DNA of 63,033 nucleotides, filler included, from Nitrospiraceae bacterium (lineage in GTDB: Bacteria > Nitrospirota > Nitrospiria > Nitrospirales > Nitrospiraceae), in assembly GCA_037442105.1 (NCBI GenBank). It is 3 parts of 3 records of this genome, joined end to end, with 100 filler letters (N's around TTAATTAATTAA, not from the genome) between each part and the next. Parts side by side here need not be neighbours in the genome. Positions count along the whole stretch, not along the records: positions 21,772 to 42,571 come from JBBIQV010000042.1; positions 42,672 to 63,033 come from JBBIQV010000043.1; 1 more part is not named here. One strand, written 5' to 3'. This document shows positions 40,218-48,932 of this stretch, one piece after another. How positions within the stretch are numbered: position 1 is the stretch's first letter; each line of letters begins with the position of its first letter. Under the pieces are notes generated by a model, which was given only the letters and a program-made list of their open reading frames with translations, did no database searches and was not told the origin of the DNA. The translations under genes and the position numbers were made by a program.

Positions 40218-41915
40218 TCAGCGACCTTGCTGGGCCTTTTCGATCTTGGCCCAGGTGTCGCGCAGGGAGACCGTGCGGTTGAAGACGAGCTTGCCGGCTG
40301 AAGAGTCGGGGTCCACGCAGAAATAGCCCACGCGTTCGAACTGGTAGCGAGCGCCGATCGGCGCGTCCTTTAAGCCCGGCTCGACCTTGCACCCGGTCAC
40401 CCGTTCGAGAGACTGGGGATTCAGATAGAGGGTCCAATCATGGTCGGCGGGAACTTTCGATAAGTCCGTCAACAACAGAGGATTATAGAGCCGCACTTCC
40501 GCTTCGGCCGCATGGGCCGCGGAGACCCAGTGGATCGTCGCTTTGACCTTGCGCTGTTCTTGGGATGCCCCGCTCTTCGTCTCCGGATCGTAGGTGCAGT
40601 GGAGTTCGACCACGTCACCTGTCTTCTCGTCCTTCGTCGCCCTCACGCACCTGATGATGTATGCGTATCGCAGGCGCACCTCGCGCCCCGGCGCCAAACG
40701 GAAGAACTGCTTCGGCGGGTCTTCGCGGAAGTCGTCCTGCTCAATGTAGAGCACGCGAGAGAAGGGCACCGTTCTCGTCCCTGCGGACGAATCTTCAGGG
40801 TTGTTCACGGCGTCCAATTCTTCCACTTGGTCGTCCGGGTAGTTATCAATGACGACGCGCAGCGGCCGCAACACGGCCATGACGCGCGGCGCGCGTTTAT
40901 TGAGGTCTTCTCGAACGCAGTGTTCCAGCAGTTGCGCGTCCACCACGGCATCTCGTTTGGCGACGCCGATCTGCTCGCAGAAATTTCTGATGGCTTCCGG
41001 CGTGTAGCCTCGCCGGCGCAACCCTTTGAGCGTCGGCAGCCGGGGGTCGTCCCACCCACTGACGAGCCGTCGCTCGACCAAGTCCAGCAGTTTCCGCTTG
41101 CTCATGACTGTCTGAGTGAGATTGAGTCGCGCGAACTCGATCTGTTGTGGCCGGTGCTGCGTCTCGCACTGCTCGATCACCCAGTCGTAGAGCGGGCGGT
41201 GATCCTCGAACTCCAGCGTGCAGATGGAATGGGTGATGCCTTCGATGGCATCGGAGAGCGGATGAGCATAGTCGTAGGACGGGTAGATGCACCACCGGTT
41301 GCCGGTCCGATAATGGGCGGCGTGCCTGATACGATAGAGCACCGGGTCGCGCAAGTTGATGTTGGGCGACGCCATGTCGATTTTAGCCCGCAGCACGTGC
41401 GTCCCGTCCGTGAATTCTCCGGCTCGCATGCGCTGGAAGAGGTCCAGGTTTTCCCCGACCGAGCGGATTCTGTGAGGACTCTCCTTGCCTGGTTCCGTCA
41501 GGGTGCCGCGGTGCTGCCTGATCTCATCCGCGTTGAGGCTATCAACATAGGCTTTCTCCTCCTTGATGAGCGCGACCGCGTACTGATAAAGCTGCTCGAA
41601 ATAGTCCGAGGCGTAGAACATCTTGTCGTGCCAGTCGAAGCCCAGCCAGCGTACATCTTCCTGAATGGCTTGAACGTATTCGGGATCTTCGGTTGTGGGA
41701 TTGGTGTCGTCGAACCGCAAATGGCAGATGCCACCGGGGTTCTCGTTGGCGATGCCGAAATTGAGGCAGATGGATTTGGCGTGGCCGATATGCAGATACC
41801 CGTTCGGCTCCGGCGGGAAACGCGTGACGACGCGGCCACCATGTTTGCCGGCCTTCAGGTCGGCGGCGACGATGTCACGGATGAAATCTGATGGTCCCGA
41901 TTCGCGGGCGTTCAT
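40218..41915 (-). CDS. glnS: Glutamine--tRNA ligase
   Basis: [41 protein letters not shown]. Confidence 0.96.
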   Translation of the reverse strand: MNARESGPSDFIRDIVAADLKAGKHGGRVVTRFPPEPNGYLHIGHAKSICLNFGIANENPGGICHLRFDDTNPTTEDPEYVQAIQEDVRWLGFDWHDKMFYASDYFEQLYQYAVALIKEEKAYVDSLNADEIRQHRGTLTEPGKESPHRIRSVGENLDLFQRMRAGEFTDGTHVLRAKIDMASPNINLRDPVLYRIRHAAHYRTGNRWCIYPSYDYAHPLSDAIEGITHSICTLEFEDHRPLYDWVIEQCETQHRPQQIEFARLNLTQTVMSKRKLLDLVERRLVSGWDDPRLPTLKGLRRRGYTPEAIRNFCEQIGVAKRDAVVDAQLLEHCVREDLNKRAPRVMAVLRPLRVVIDNYPDDQVEELDAVNNPEDSSAGTRTVPFSRVLYIEQDDFREDPPKQFFRLAPGREVRLRYAYIIRCVRATKDEKTGDVVELHCTYDPETKSGASQEQRKVKATIHWVSAAHAAEAEVRLYNPLLLTDLSKVPADHDWTLYLNPQSLERVTGCKVEPGLKDAPIGARYQFERVGYFCVDPDSSAGKLVFNRTVSLRDTWAKIEKAQQGR

Positions 41916-42039
41916 CGCACGAACTCCTTACGCAGGGACGTTGCGGCGTTGCTGCTCGTCGTCAATGCCGCAGTTCTACCATAGACTGGCACTCGTGAGA
42001 AATGGGTCGAAGTTGGAAGGGAGAGGTCTCGGGAGCAGG

Positions 42040-42453
42040 TTACGCCGTCTGGTGCGTCGGCATCTGAATGACGTTGAAGTCCTTCTGAGCGATCAGGTGG
42101 CCTTCCATGAGGAGTCGGAATTCATACCGCCCTGGTGCAGGAAAGACGAGGGAGGGGATGTTGATGCCGAAATCGGAAATCTGGAGGCGATCGCCGATCA
42201 CGATATTCGGAAGGGCGGCCCGGCACACCAACTGTTCGTTGTTCAGATAGACCAGGTCGATGTCGAAGTGGTAGGTCCCTTCGGCGTCCGTCAGGCAGAA
42301 GTACAAGCCCATCTGGGTATGTTGGAACGGAAAGGCGACGGCCTGCAGATGGGTGAAGATGCCGATCAGGCTTTTCTTCTTCGTCAGGCTGTCCTCGATG
42401 ACCGAGTCACAGACGAGAAAGGCCTGCACGCTGGGTTTGGGGATGTCGGACAT
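42040..42453 (-). CDS. Hypothetical beta-rich protein
   Basis: AFLVCDSVIED...KKSLIGIF...PAPGRYEF pattern. Confidence 0.7.
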   Translation of the reverse strand: MSDIPKPSVQAFLVCDSVIEDSLTKKKSLIGIFTHLQAVAFPFQHTQMGLYFCLTDAEGTYHFDIDLVYLNNEQLVCRAALPNIVIGDRLQISDFGINIPSLVFPAPGRYEFRLLMEGHLIAQKDFNVIQMPTHQTA

Positions 42454-42571
42454 AGGGCTATTCTAAGGCACGGGCCTCCGATGTCAACCGAGTTCCATGT
42501 TTTGGGGACCGCTGAATCGGCCGTGTTCCGACAGCGCGAATCGACGTAAAGAGATTTGCGGCGCACGCGGG

Positions 42572-42671
42572 NNNNNNNNNNNNNNNNNNNNNNNNNNNNN
42601 NNNNNNNNNNNNNNNTTAATTAATTAANNNNNNNNNNNNNNNNNNNNNNNNNNNNNNNNNNNNNNNNNNNN
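42572..42671. other. Artificial contig linker / assembly gap
   Basis: N-run flanking TTAATTAATTAA. Confidence 0.98.
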
Positions 42672-42698
42672 CGAGCCGCCAGGGGCAAACATGACGAT

Positions 42699-42723
42699 TG
42701 GTGGTCCCAACGGGATTCGAACC
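42699..42723 (-). mobile_element. tRNA 3'-end fragment (att-like site, possibly tRNA-Glu)
   Basis: GGTTCGAATCCCGTTGGGACCACCA: T-loop, acceptor 3' strand and CCA with no 5' half. Confidence 0.7.
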
Positions 42724-43232
42724 TATCCATTGCGAACCAGTTCTGGAGAAACGGGAAATCCCGGATTTTTGCGGAATACTACAGAAAATCGCGAGGTTAT
42801 ACCAGTGTTGGCATGCTGGAGACTTACAAGTGATTTTAAAAAAACCGGCAAAAATTGGGCATTTTTCTAAAATCGACACTGCTCTAAAAATGAGCAGCAT
42901 GAACGCTTCAAACCCGCTTCAATTAAGAGAAAATGGCTTCAAAATGTGATCAGGAAGGCGAAAATGTGCGGCTGAAATAGCACTGAGCTGACAGAAAACA
43001 GATTTTAAGTGGAAAAAATAGCAGGGAAATCACAGAATCACCGCTCCCAGAGCGGCGATAAGCATTTTCAGATGAATCACGAAACCCTGTGGATAACTGA
43101 TCTTATTTTTTTCTCGCGCGGAGCGTCTGATGATCGCTCCCCGCGAGATAAGTCACGAGCGGGGCGGCAGGCTTCTGCCCCACCGCGTCGTCCGGGCGCT
43201 GCTCGCAGCGCGGCGGCGATCATTCTTGCGCC

Positions 43233-43526
43233 TCACGCGGCTCGTGAGGCTGCTTTCTCCAACAACTCGTGAATCAACGTCTGATAGCCCTTGCCCTGCT
43301 TGGCCGCCATTTTGCGCAAAGCGGCCAAGAGGCGCGGTGAGAGACGGATCGCAATGAGCTGCTTGGCCAATCCGGTGGCGGGCCGGCCGACCCGGCGCAT
43401 ACGCCGCAACTGCTCGTCTGACAACTCCGGCATGTCCGAGAAATCAATCTTCGAATCGGGAATATGCCGCACGCTCCTTGCGGCTCGCCTGCCTGGCACT
43501 GATGATGCGGATCGTTTCCTTCTCAT
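43233..43526 (-). CDS. BrnA-family antitoxin
   Basis: IDFSDMPEL...KQLIAIRL...GYQTLI; overlaps the 3' end of the BrnT gene. Confidence 0.8.
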   Translation of the reverse strand: MRRKRSASSVPGRRAARSVRHIPDSKIDFSDMPELSDEQLRRMRRVGRPATGLAKQLIAIRLSPRLLAALRKMAAKQGKGYQTLIHELLEKAASRAA

Positions 43527-43698
43527 TGTGCTCCCTCCTGACCGTATAGACCACGAATAGGATACGCCCGGCAATCGACCGAGCGATCCGAATGCGCCGC
43601 CGTTCACGCTGTGAATGTGGCTCGGTGGCCGCTTCCTTAAACGACATCTTGTGCTTCTCATAATTGGCGATGGCTTTGCGGCTGTCCCACGCAAACAC
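43444..43698 (-). CDS. BrnT-family toxin, apparently with an internal in-frame deletion
   Basis: FAWDSRKAIANYEKH..SF.EA...IRIISARQA; the segment between EAAT and HS looks short. Confidence 0.75.
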   Translation of the reverse strand: MFAWDSRKAIANYEKHKMSFKEAATEPHSQRERRRIRIARSIAGRILFVVYTVRREHNEKETIRIISARQASRKERAAYSRFED

Positions 43699-43814
43699 GT
43701 TTCCGTATATACATTAAACCGGCCAGGCGCAGCAAGAACGCCGCCGCTTCTTTCGCGGCGCGCGACGGCGTCACTCCTGGCTGGTTGACTGGCTCAACCC
43801 CGACACGCTACCAT

Positions 43815-43836
43815 GATGACCAGAATTGTGGTCATC
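43815..43836. promoter_or_regulatory. Palindromic operator upstream of the Phd/RelE module
   Basis: GATGACCA-N6-TGGTCATC. Confidence 0.6.
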
Positions 43837-43855
43837 TCGAGCTGAGAGGGATGCG

Positions 43856-44152
43856 ACGGCTAAAACATTGCCGTTATCTGAGGTGAAGACCCGCTTGCCG
43901 GAGTTGGTGGCTGGTGTGGAGGAGCGCGAAGAGGAGGTCGTGGTGACAAAGAACGGACGGCCTGCTGCCGTGCTGGTCAACGTTCAGGAGTATGCGCGCC
44001 TCAAGGAGACGCTCGACGTCCTGAGCGACCCAGATCTGATGCAGCAGATCGCGGAGAGCCGGGCCTTCTACAAAGCCGGCAGGAAAGGCCTTTCTTTCGA
44101 GGACGTCTTCGGCGAACCACTCGCCCCTATTAAGAAACGCCGTTCGGCGTGA
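43856..44152 (+). CDS. Phd/YefM-family antitoxin (expected start codon reads ACG)
   Basis: LPLSEVKTRL...VVVTKNGRPAAVLV...ETLDVLSD; GAGAGG SD precedes ACG-GCT-AAA. Confidence 0.8.
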   Translation, partial: TAKTLPLSEVKTRLPELVAGVEEREEEVVVTKNGRPAAVLVNVQEYARLKETLDVLSDPDLMQQIAESRAFYKAGRKGLSFEDVFGEPLAPIKKRRSA

Positions 44153-44436
44153 AACCATTCAAACCTGAGATCCCTCCGCACGTCGCCGAATCTATCCGCT
44201 CTCTTCACCCTGACCTGAAACGCTCGATCAAGTCGGCCATTCGCGCGATTGCCACCGATCCCGAACATGGCGAGCCCTTGCTCCGCGAACTCAAAGGCCT
44301 ATGGAAGTTTCGCGTGCGTCGCTTTCGGATCGTCTATGCCATCGACCGCAAGTCTCGCGCGATCCGCCTCATGACCGTCGGCCACCGGCAGTCTGTCTAC
44401 GAGGAGCTCACCGCCCGGTTATGGAAGAAGGGCTAA
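44149..44436 (+). CDS. RelE/ParE-family toxin
   Basis: GEPL..ELKGLWKFRV.RFRIVY.I...VGHRQSVY; GTGA overlap with the antitoxin. Confidence 0.85.
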   Translation: MKPFKPEIPPHVAESIRSLHPDLKRSIKSAIRAIATDPEHGEPLLRELKGLWKFRVRRFRIVYAIDRKSRAIRLMTVGHRQSVYEELTARLWKKG

Positions 44437-44481
44437 ACCAACTCTCCTGTCCGTTTCGCAACGCGCGGCGGAAAATCGGTC

Positions 44482-45264
44482 TTATGAAGCTGTCTGATCC
44501 TCGAAGGCCCGAAGCAGATCGGACACCGAGAGTACGCCGGTAATCGTCCTGTCCTCGGTCACCGGCAGGTGGCGAATGCCATGTTGCTTCATCAGCGCGA
44601 GAGCCCCGGTGAGTGGCTCGGTGTCTTCGATCGTAACAACTGATTTGCTCATGCATATGGTGACGGTGGTTGTACTGGGATCAAGCCCGCGCGCGACGGC
44701 CTTGCGGCTTAGGTCCGTGTCCGTGATGATGCCGATATAGCGGGACCCATCATCCACGAGCAGTGAGCCAACTTTCCATTTCTGGAGGAGCCGACCTGCT
44801 TCTTTGATCGTGGCCGTTCGGTGGATGCTCCGGACATCATGAGACACATAGTCGGCCACCTTCAGGCCTTCCAACGAGCGGCCGCCGGTTCCATACCGCG
44901 TCGTGAGCATATCTCGCTTCACTTCCAGCTCCGACAAGCAACTCTCCAGGACGCGCTTCCGTTGCTGCAGGCTTTCCCTGTCGGTATCGTGAGCCCCGCT
45001 CTCCTGCGCCTCTTCCGGCAGATTCACCAGGCTGGAAGCTTCTCCCACCTTCGCATACTGATAGGCTTCGAGCTCATCGGAAGCTTCGCCGAACACCTGG
45101 CTGATTAAGCGTTCGGCCGCATCGTCAAAATCATCCAGCCCCACCGCCGCCTTCCGGGGCGACAAAAAAGGCTGAAATTTCGTCAACTGCTCGCGAAAGC
45201 GCTCAATGTGCCGATTCACGAACAACCCTCTCGAAAACCCGGCCTTGACTTTCTTGGACATCAT
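44482..45264 (-). CDS. CBS-domain protein
   Basis: C-terminal CBS pair (GSLLVDD..GIITDTDL; IRHLPV..GVLSVSDLL). Confidence 0.85.
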   Translation of the reverse strand: MMSKKVKAGFSRGLFVNRHIERFREQLTKFQPFLSPRKAAVGLDDFDDAAERLISQVFGEASDELEAYQYAKVGEASSLVNLPEEAQESGAHDTDRESLQQRKRVLESCLSELEVKRDMLTTRYGTGGRSLEGLKVADYVSHDVRSIHRTATIKEAGRLLQKWKVGSLLVDDGSRYIGIITDTDLSRKAVARGLDPSTTTVTICMSKSVVTIEDTEPLTGALALMKQHGIRHLPVTEDRTITGVLSVSDLLRAFEDQTAS

Positions 45265-45456
45265 CTCACGCTCCTTGATCGTAAATAGAGGATAGCGCAT
45301 ATGGGAAGGGCGCTCAAGAGGAGGAGTGGGAACACAGGGTACTCGTTGGACGTGTGCAGTAAGGGACCCTCCAGGTATCCCTTGGGAAGGAAATATAGAT
45401 GCCCCGAGAAGACAATCGGATGCACGAAGGAGAGGTTCCGGCCGAGCGATGAGAAG

Positions 45457-45690
45457 CTATTCGGACATCAGCGGCCGATTATAGGCCGCCAAGTACTCCG
45501 GTCCTATGCGCCGTAACAACACAATCCCCGCGCGGCTCAGCCGGTCTACGGCGGCAAACATTTGAGCCCAACTCACTCCGGCTTGAGACGATAGCTCTTC
45601 GATGGTCATGGGACCTCTTCTTTTCAAAGTTGCGATCAGCTTTTCGTCTGTCAACAGCGACAGGGTCGGGTGATCCAGAATGGCATTCAT
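45457..45690 (-). CDS. Small winged-helix-like protein
   Basis: GGAGG SD; GPMTIEELS...VDRLSRAGIV pattern. Confidence 0.55.
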   Translation of the reverse strand: MNAILDHPTLSLLTDEKLIATLKRRGPMTIEELSSQAGVSWAQMFAAVDRLSRAGIVLLRRIGPEYLAAYNRPLMSE

Positions 45691-45799
45691 GGTGACCTCC
45701 ATCCGTAGAGGCGGACTATGTGAACGCCTGGTTGACGGTGAGGAATTTCTAAGGAGAATTTTAGTCCGAAGCATGGAGAAGTCAAGGAGCGTGATAATT

Positions 45800-45839
45800 C
45801 CGGCGGGGGCTCTGCGCGCACAGAACTCACCCCCGCCGG
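45800..45839 (-). terminator. Stem-loop downstream of the octaheme cytochrome gene
   Basis: CCGGCGGGGG...CCCCGCCGG inverted repeat just past the stop; U-tail weak. Confidence 0.45.
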
Positions 45840-45853
45840 TCTGATGTCACGTC

Positions 45854-47278
45854 TCACCCTCCTCCACGCTTGCCTTGCATCTCCTTGTCATAGAACTCAA
45901 GCATGTGGGCGATCTCTTCTTTCGTCAGGCCTTTCTCTACCCACCGGTGAGTCTCCTGGGCCAGCAGGTCTTTGGCCACTTGTGGTGATAGTTCCCGAAC
46001 CATCGGCAGGAACTTGGTATAGAAGTGCTTGGCGACTTCATAGAAGCCCTGCCAATGGACATAGTCCGGCGCCATCTTAGAGAGCCCATGCCGAGCTCGC
46101 CGCCCCTCATGGTGCCAGAGTTCATAAAACACCCATTCGATCTCCTCGTCGAACGGCGTCGGCGTGATCTTCCCCATTTCCCTCAGCCGATCCATCGCCA
46201 CCTTCGCCGGCTTCCCGAATTTTTCGTTGTAGAGGGTGACGCCGCTGTCCAACTGCGTGAAGAATCGTTCAACGATCTCGCCGCTATGGCAGGCAGAGCA
46301 GACCTGCGTCATAGCTTTCCGACGGGCTTCATGGTTCTCGAGGCGCGTCGAGACTACAGGACGCAAGGTCCAACTTATGCGGTCCCCGACGTCGTGCGTC
46401 ACCTCCTGCGTCCCGGTCGCACTCATATGACAGGTCGCGCACGTGGGGAAGAGATAGTCCTTGCCGGGCAACCATTTCTCCTTGGGATGGGTCAGCTTCA
46501 TCTTCTCCTTGTTCGCCGAGAACAAGACGCCGTGCTTGCTTTCGTAATACGCCTCAATCTGGGGATGATCCGGCCCCATATGGCACCGGCCGCAGCTCTC
46601 CGGCTGCCGAGCCTGGGCCACCGAGAAACTGTGCCGCGCGTGGCAGGCTGAACAGGTGCCTTTGGACCCATCCGGATTCACCCTGCCGATTCCCGAGTTC
46701 GGCCACGTCGCTGGGTGTAGCTTCCCTTTTTCCATCACCTTCACCACGCTCCCGTGGCAACCGGCGCATCCGGTGGTTCCCACCTCCGGTCCCTCAACCA
46801 CATTGCCGAGGAAATTATCCAGCGAGCCGATGAACTGCGCCGCCTTGGCATGATGAGACTTGGCAAACTCCTGCGCCTCCTTTTCGTGGCAACGCATGCA
46901 ATCCTTTGGTGTCACCAGCGTAGAAATCAGCGTCCCCTCATGATCGTAGGCGTCAGCGTCGTCTTTCTCGGCGCGATGACACTCCACGCACCCGATACCC
47001 TTGGGCGCGTGGCGGCTGACTTTCCAATCGTTGATACCGCCTACCGATACATCCTTGGCCGTGTGGCAATCGATGCAGCGTTTGTTCTCGGCCGAGATGA
47101 ACGGTCTGATCCCACCACCACGCCGCTCTTCTACCTGAATGTATCCGACTCCCGTCAGCGCGAGAAACAACACGAGACACAGCCCACCGATCATGTACCG
47201 GGTGAAGTTCATCTTGCCGTTGCTCCCGTGATCCTGCTCGATCCCGTGGTTTGTTGGTCCATTATTTGGCTCGGCCAT
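45854..47278 (-). CDS. Octaheme c-type cytochrome, HAO family (putative ammonia-forming nitrite reductase)
   Basis: Eight CxxCH (CIDCH, CVECH, CMRCH, CAGCH, CSACH, CGRCH, CATCH, CSACH); GPDHP...SKHG; N-terminal TM anchor. Confidence 0.88.
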   Translation of the reverse strand: MAEPNNGPTNHGIEQDHGSNGKMNFTRYMIGGLCLVLFLALTGVGYIQVEERRGGGIRPFISAENKRCIDCHTAKDVSVGGINDWKVSRHAPKGIGCVECHRAEKDDADAYDHEGTLISTLVTPKDCMRCHEKEAQEFAKSHHAKAAQFIGSLDNFLGNVVEGPEVGTTGCAGCHGSVVKVMEKGKLHPATWPNSGIGRVNPDGSKGTCSACHARHSFSVAQARQPESCGRCHMGPDHPQIEAYYESKHGVLFSANKEKMKLTHPKEKWLPGKDYLFPTCATCHMSATGTQEVTHDVGDRISWTLRPVVSTRLENHEARRKAMTQVCSACHSGEIVERFFTQLDSGVTLYNEKFGKPAKVAMDRLREMGKITPTPFDEEIEWVFYELWHHEGRRARHGLSKMAPDYVHWQGFYEVAKHFYTKFLPMVRELSPQVAKDLLAQETHRWVEKGLTKEEIAHMLEFYDKEMQGKRGGG

Positions 47279-47293
47279 TGGTTTCTCCTTATG

Positions 47294-47366
47294 AGCCCTC
47301 AGCCATCAGCTTTCAGCCGTCAGCTCCGGTCACAAGCTGATCGCTGACCGCTGATGGCCGGTAGCT
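47294..47366. repeat. Inverted heptamer repeat array
   Basis: (TCAGCNN)x4 then (GCTGANN)x3. Confidence 0.65.
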
Positions 47367-47376
47367 TGTTTCCCTT

Positions 47377-48408
47377 TCACATCTGTGCGTCCAAATACAT
47401 CAGCACGACGCCTGCCCCGATGACGACGGCTGCGACGAGTGCATTGACGATCGCCATGGGCCATCCACGCCGTGACAACTCCCGGTCCACAAACGGGTAT
47501 AGAACAAAAAGTCCTGCACCGCCCAATAGACTCCACACCGCCACAGGCCCTGGCAGCAAGGTGATCCACATAAAAGGCGCGGAGAAATACCAGGGCGGAG
47601 ACACATCGGAGGCCACCTCTTGGGGATCGGCCGGCGGGCCGAGTTGGGGTGGGAAAATCATGACGATATTCACGATCAACAACAACAACCCAACGGCAAT
47701 CGCTCCCATCTTCATGGTGTGTTCCGGGTAGAACGGATGAAAGCTGCGGCTCTCTTCGACCTCAACAAAGCCGATCAATCGCACAATCACCACGTGACCG
47801 AGCACAAGTCCGATCAGCAGCACGGGAAACAGCTTGGTGTGGAGATCGTACAATCGCAAAAGCGTGATCCCCGAAACCTCCTCGCCTCCCCGCAGCAAAT
47901 AGAGCAACGGGGTCCCGATGATGGGCAGCGCCCCGATCATGTTGGTCACAACCGTCATGCCCCAATAGGACACATTGTCGAAGACGAGCGAGTAGCCGGT
48001 GAACCCCATCGCGAAGGTGACGAACAGCACGAACGAGCCGCTGACCCATTTCAATTCGCCGGAGGCCTGGTAGGCGCGCGTCAGAAACACGCGGATGACG
48101 TGGAAGAGCAAGAATAGAATCATGAGATCGACGGACGTCTTGTGCAGCCCGCGAACAAACCAGCCGAGATACACGTGGTTCGTAATCTCCTCGACACTCT
48201 CGTAAGCCTTTTCCTGAGCGGGCACGTAGTAGAAGGTCAGCAACAGGCCTGTGGCCACCAGGACGCCGAAGAGAGTGAGAGGAATCGCCCCCAGCGTATA
48301 GGGCCACCAGTCAAGGTGTTCAGGCAGATCCTTCTGAATGTAATCGATCCAGTTCTTCCCGCTCTCGCTCTGTTCGGCTTGCACAGTCTGTGATGCCACT
48401 GGCGCCAT
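47377..48408 (-). CDS. Cytochrome b (b6 plus subunit IV fused type) of a Rieske/cytochrome b complex
   Basis: RGLH..H and LH..H heme pairs, FTGYSL, PPWYF at the PEWY position. Confidence 0.9.
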   Translation of the reverse strand: MAPVASQTVQAEQSESGKNWIDYIQKDLPEHLDWWPYTLGAIPLTLFGVLVATGLLLTFYYVPAQEKAYESVEEITNHVYLGWFVRGLHKTSVDLMILFLLFHVIRVFLTRAYQASGELKWVSGSFVLFVTFAMGFTGYSLVFDNVSYWGMTVVTNMIGALPIIGTPLLYLLRGGEEVSGITLLRLYDLHTKLFPVLLIGLVLGHVVIVRLIGFVEVEESRSFHPFYPEHTMKMGAIAVGLLLLIVNIVMIFPPQLGPPADPQEVASDVSPPWYFSAPFMWITLLPGPVAVWSLLGGAGLFVLYPFVDRELSRRGWPMAIVNALVAAVVIGAGVVLMYLDAQM

Positions 48409-48436
48409 CCCCTCTCTTGCCTGTGCCTGATAGTAT

Positions 48437-48491
48437 TCAGCTTTCAGCAATCAGTGTTGAGCTGAAGGCTGAAAGCTGATGGCTAACTGCT
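48437..48491. repeat. Inverted heptamer repeat array
   Basis: TCAGCTT TCAGCAA TCAG...GCTGAAG GCTGAAA GCTGATG. Confidence 0.65.
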
Positions 48492-48929
48492 TGCAATATT
48501 CACGTACAACTGCTCGCCTTTTTTCACGATCTCAAATCGATCGAGTGGGCGCGGCGGAGGGCCGGCGATGTTCAGGCCGGTCTTGTCGTAGACTCCCTGG
48601 TGACAGGGGCAGAGAAACTGCTCGCGTTCTTTGTTCCAGGACACGAGACAGCCCAGGTCCGTGCAGCGCCGCGAGAACGCCGTCACTCCCTCGGTCGTCC
48701 TCAACACCAAAATTTTTTGACCGCCGAAGTCCATCGGCACCGCTTCGCCGACCGGAATGCGTGACACGCTCCCGAGTAGAACCGCCTCATGCCGACGCGG
48801 TCTTTGACTCGGAACGAGAAACTGGAGAAAGCGAAGCCCCAGGGTTCCAATCCCGAAGAGTAATCCGAACCCCATGACCGCTTGACTCAAGAACCGACGT
48901 CGCCCGGCATCATCGTGAATAATGGCCAT
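48483..48929 (-). CDS. Rieske [2Fe-2S] protein with atypical box 1
   Basis: Tat-like GRRRFL, CTDLGC, CPCHQGVY, GPPPRPL. Confidence 0.9.
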   Translation of the reverse strand: MAIIHDDAGRRRFLSQAVMGFGLLFGIGTLGLRFLQFLVPSQRPRRHEAVLLGSVSRIPVGEAVPMDFGGQKILVLRTTEGVTAFSRRCTDLGCLVSWNKEREQFLCPCHQGVYDKTGLNIAGPPPRPLDRFEIVKKGEQLYVNIASS

Positions 48930-48932
48930 GGC

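Noticed and set aside
45854..47278. Hydroxylamine dehydrogenase (haoA) of comammox/AOB
   Set aside because: No haoB/cycAB or amo context; linked to assimilation genes; apparent lack of the cross-linking Tyr
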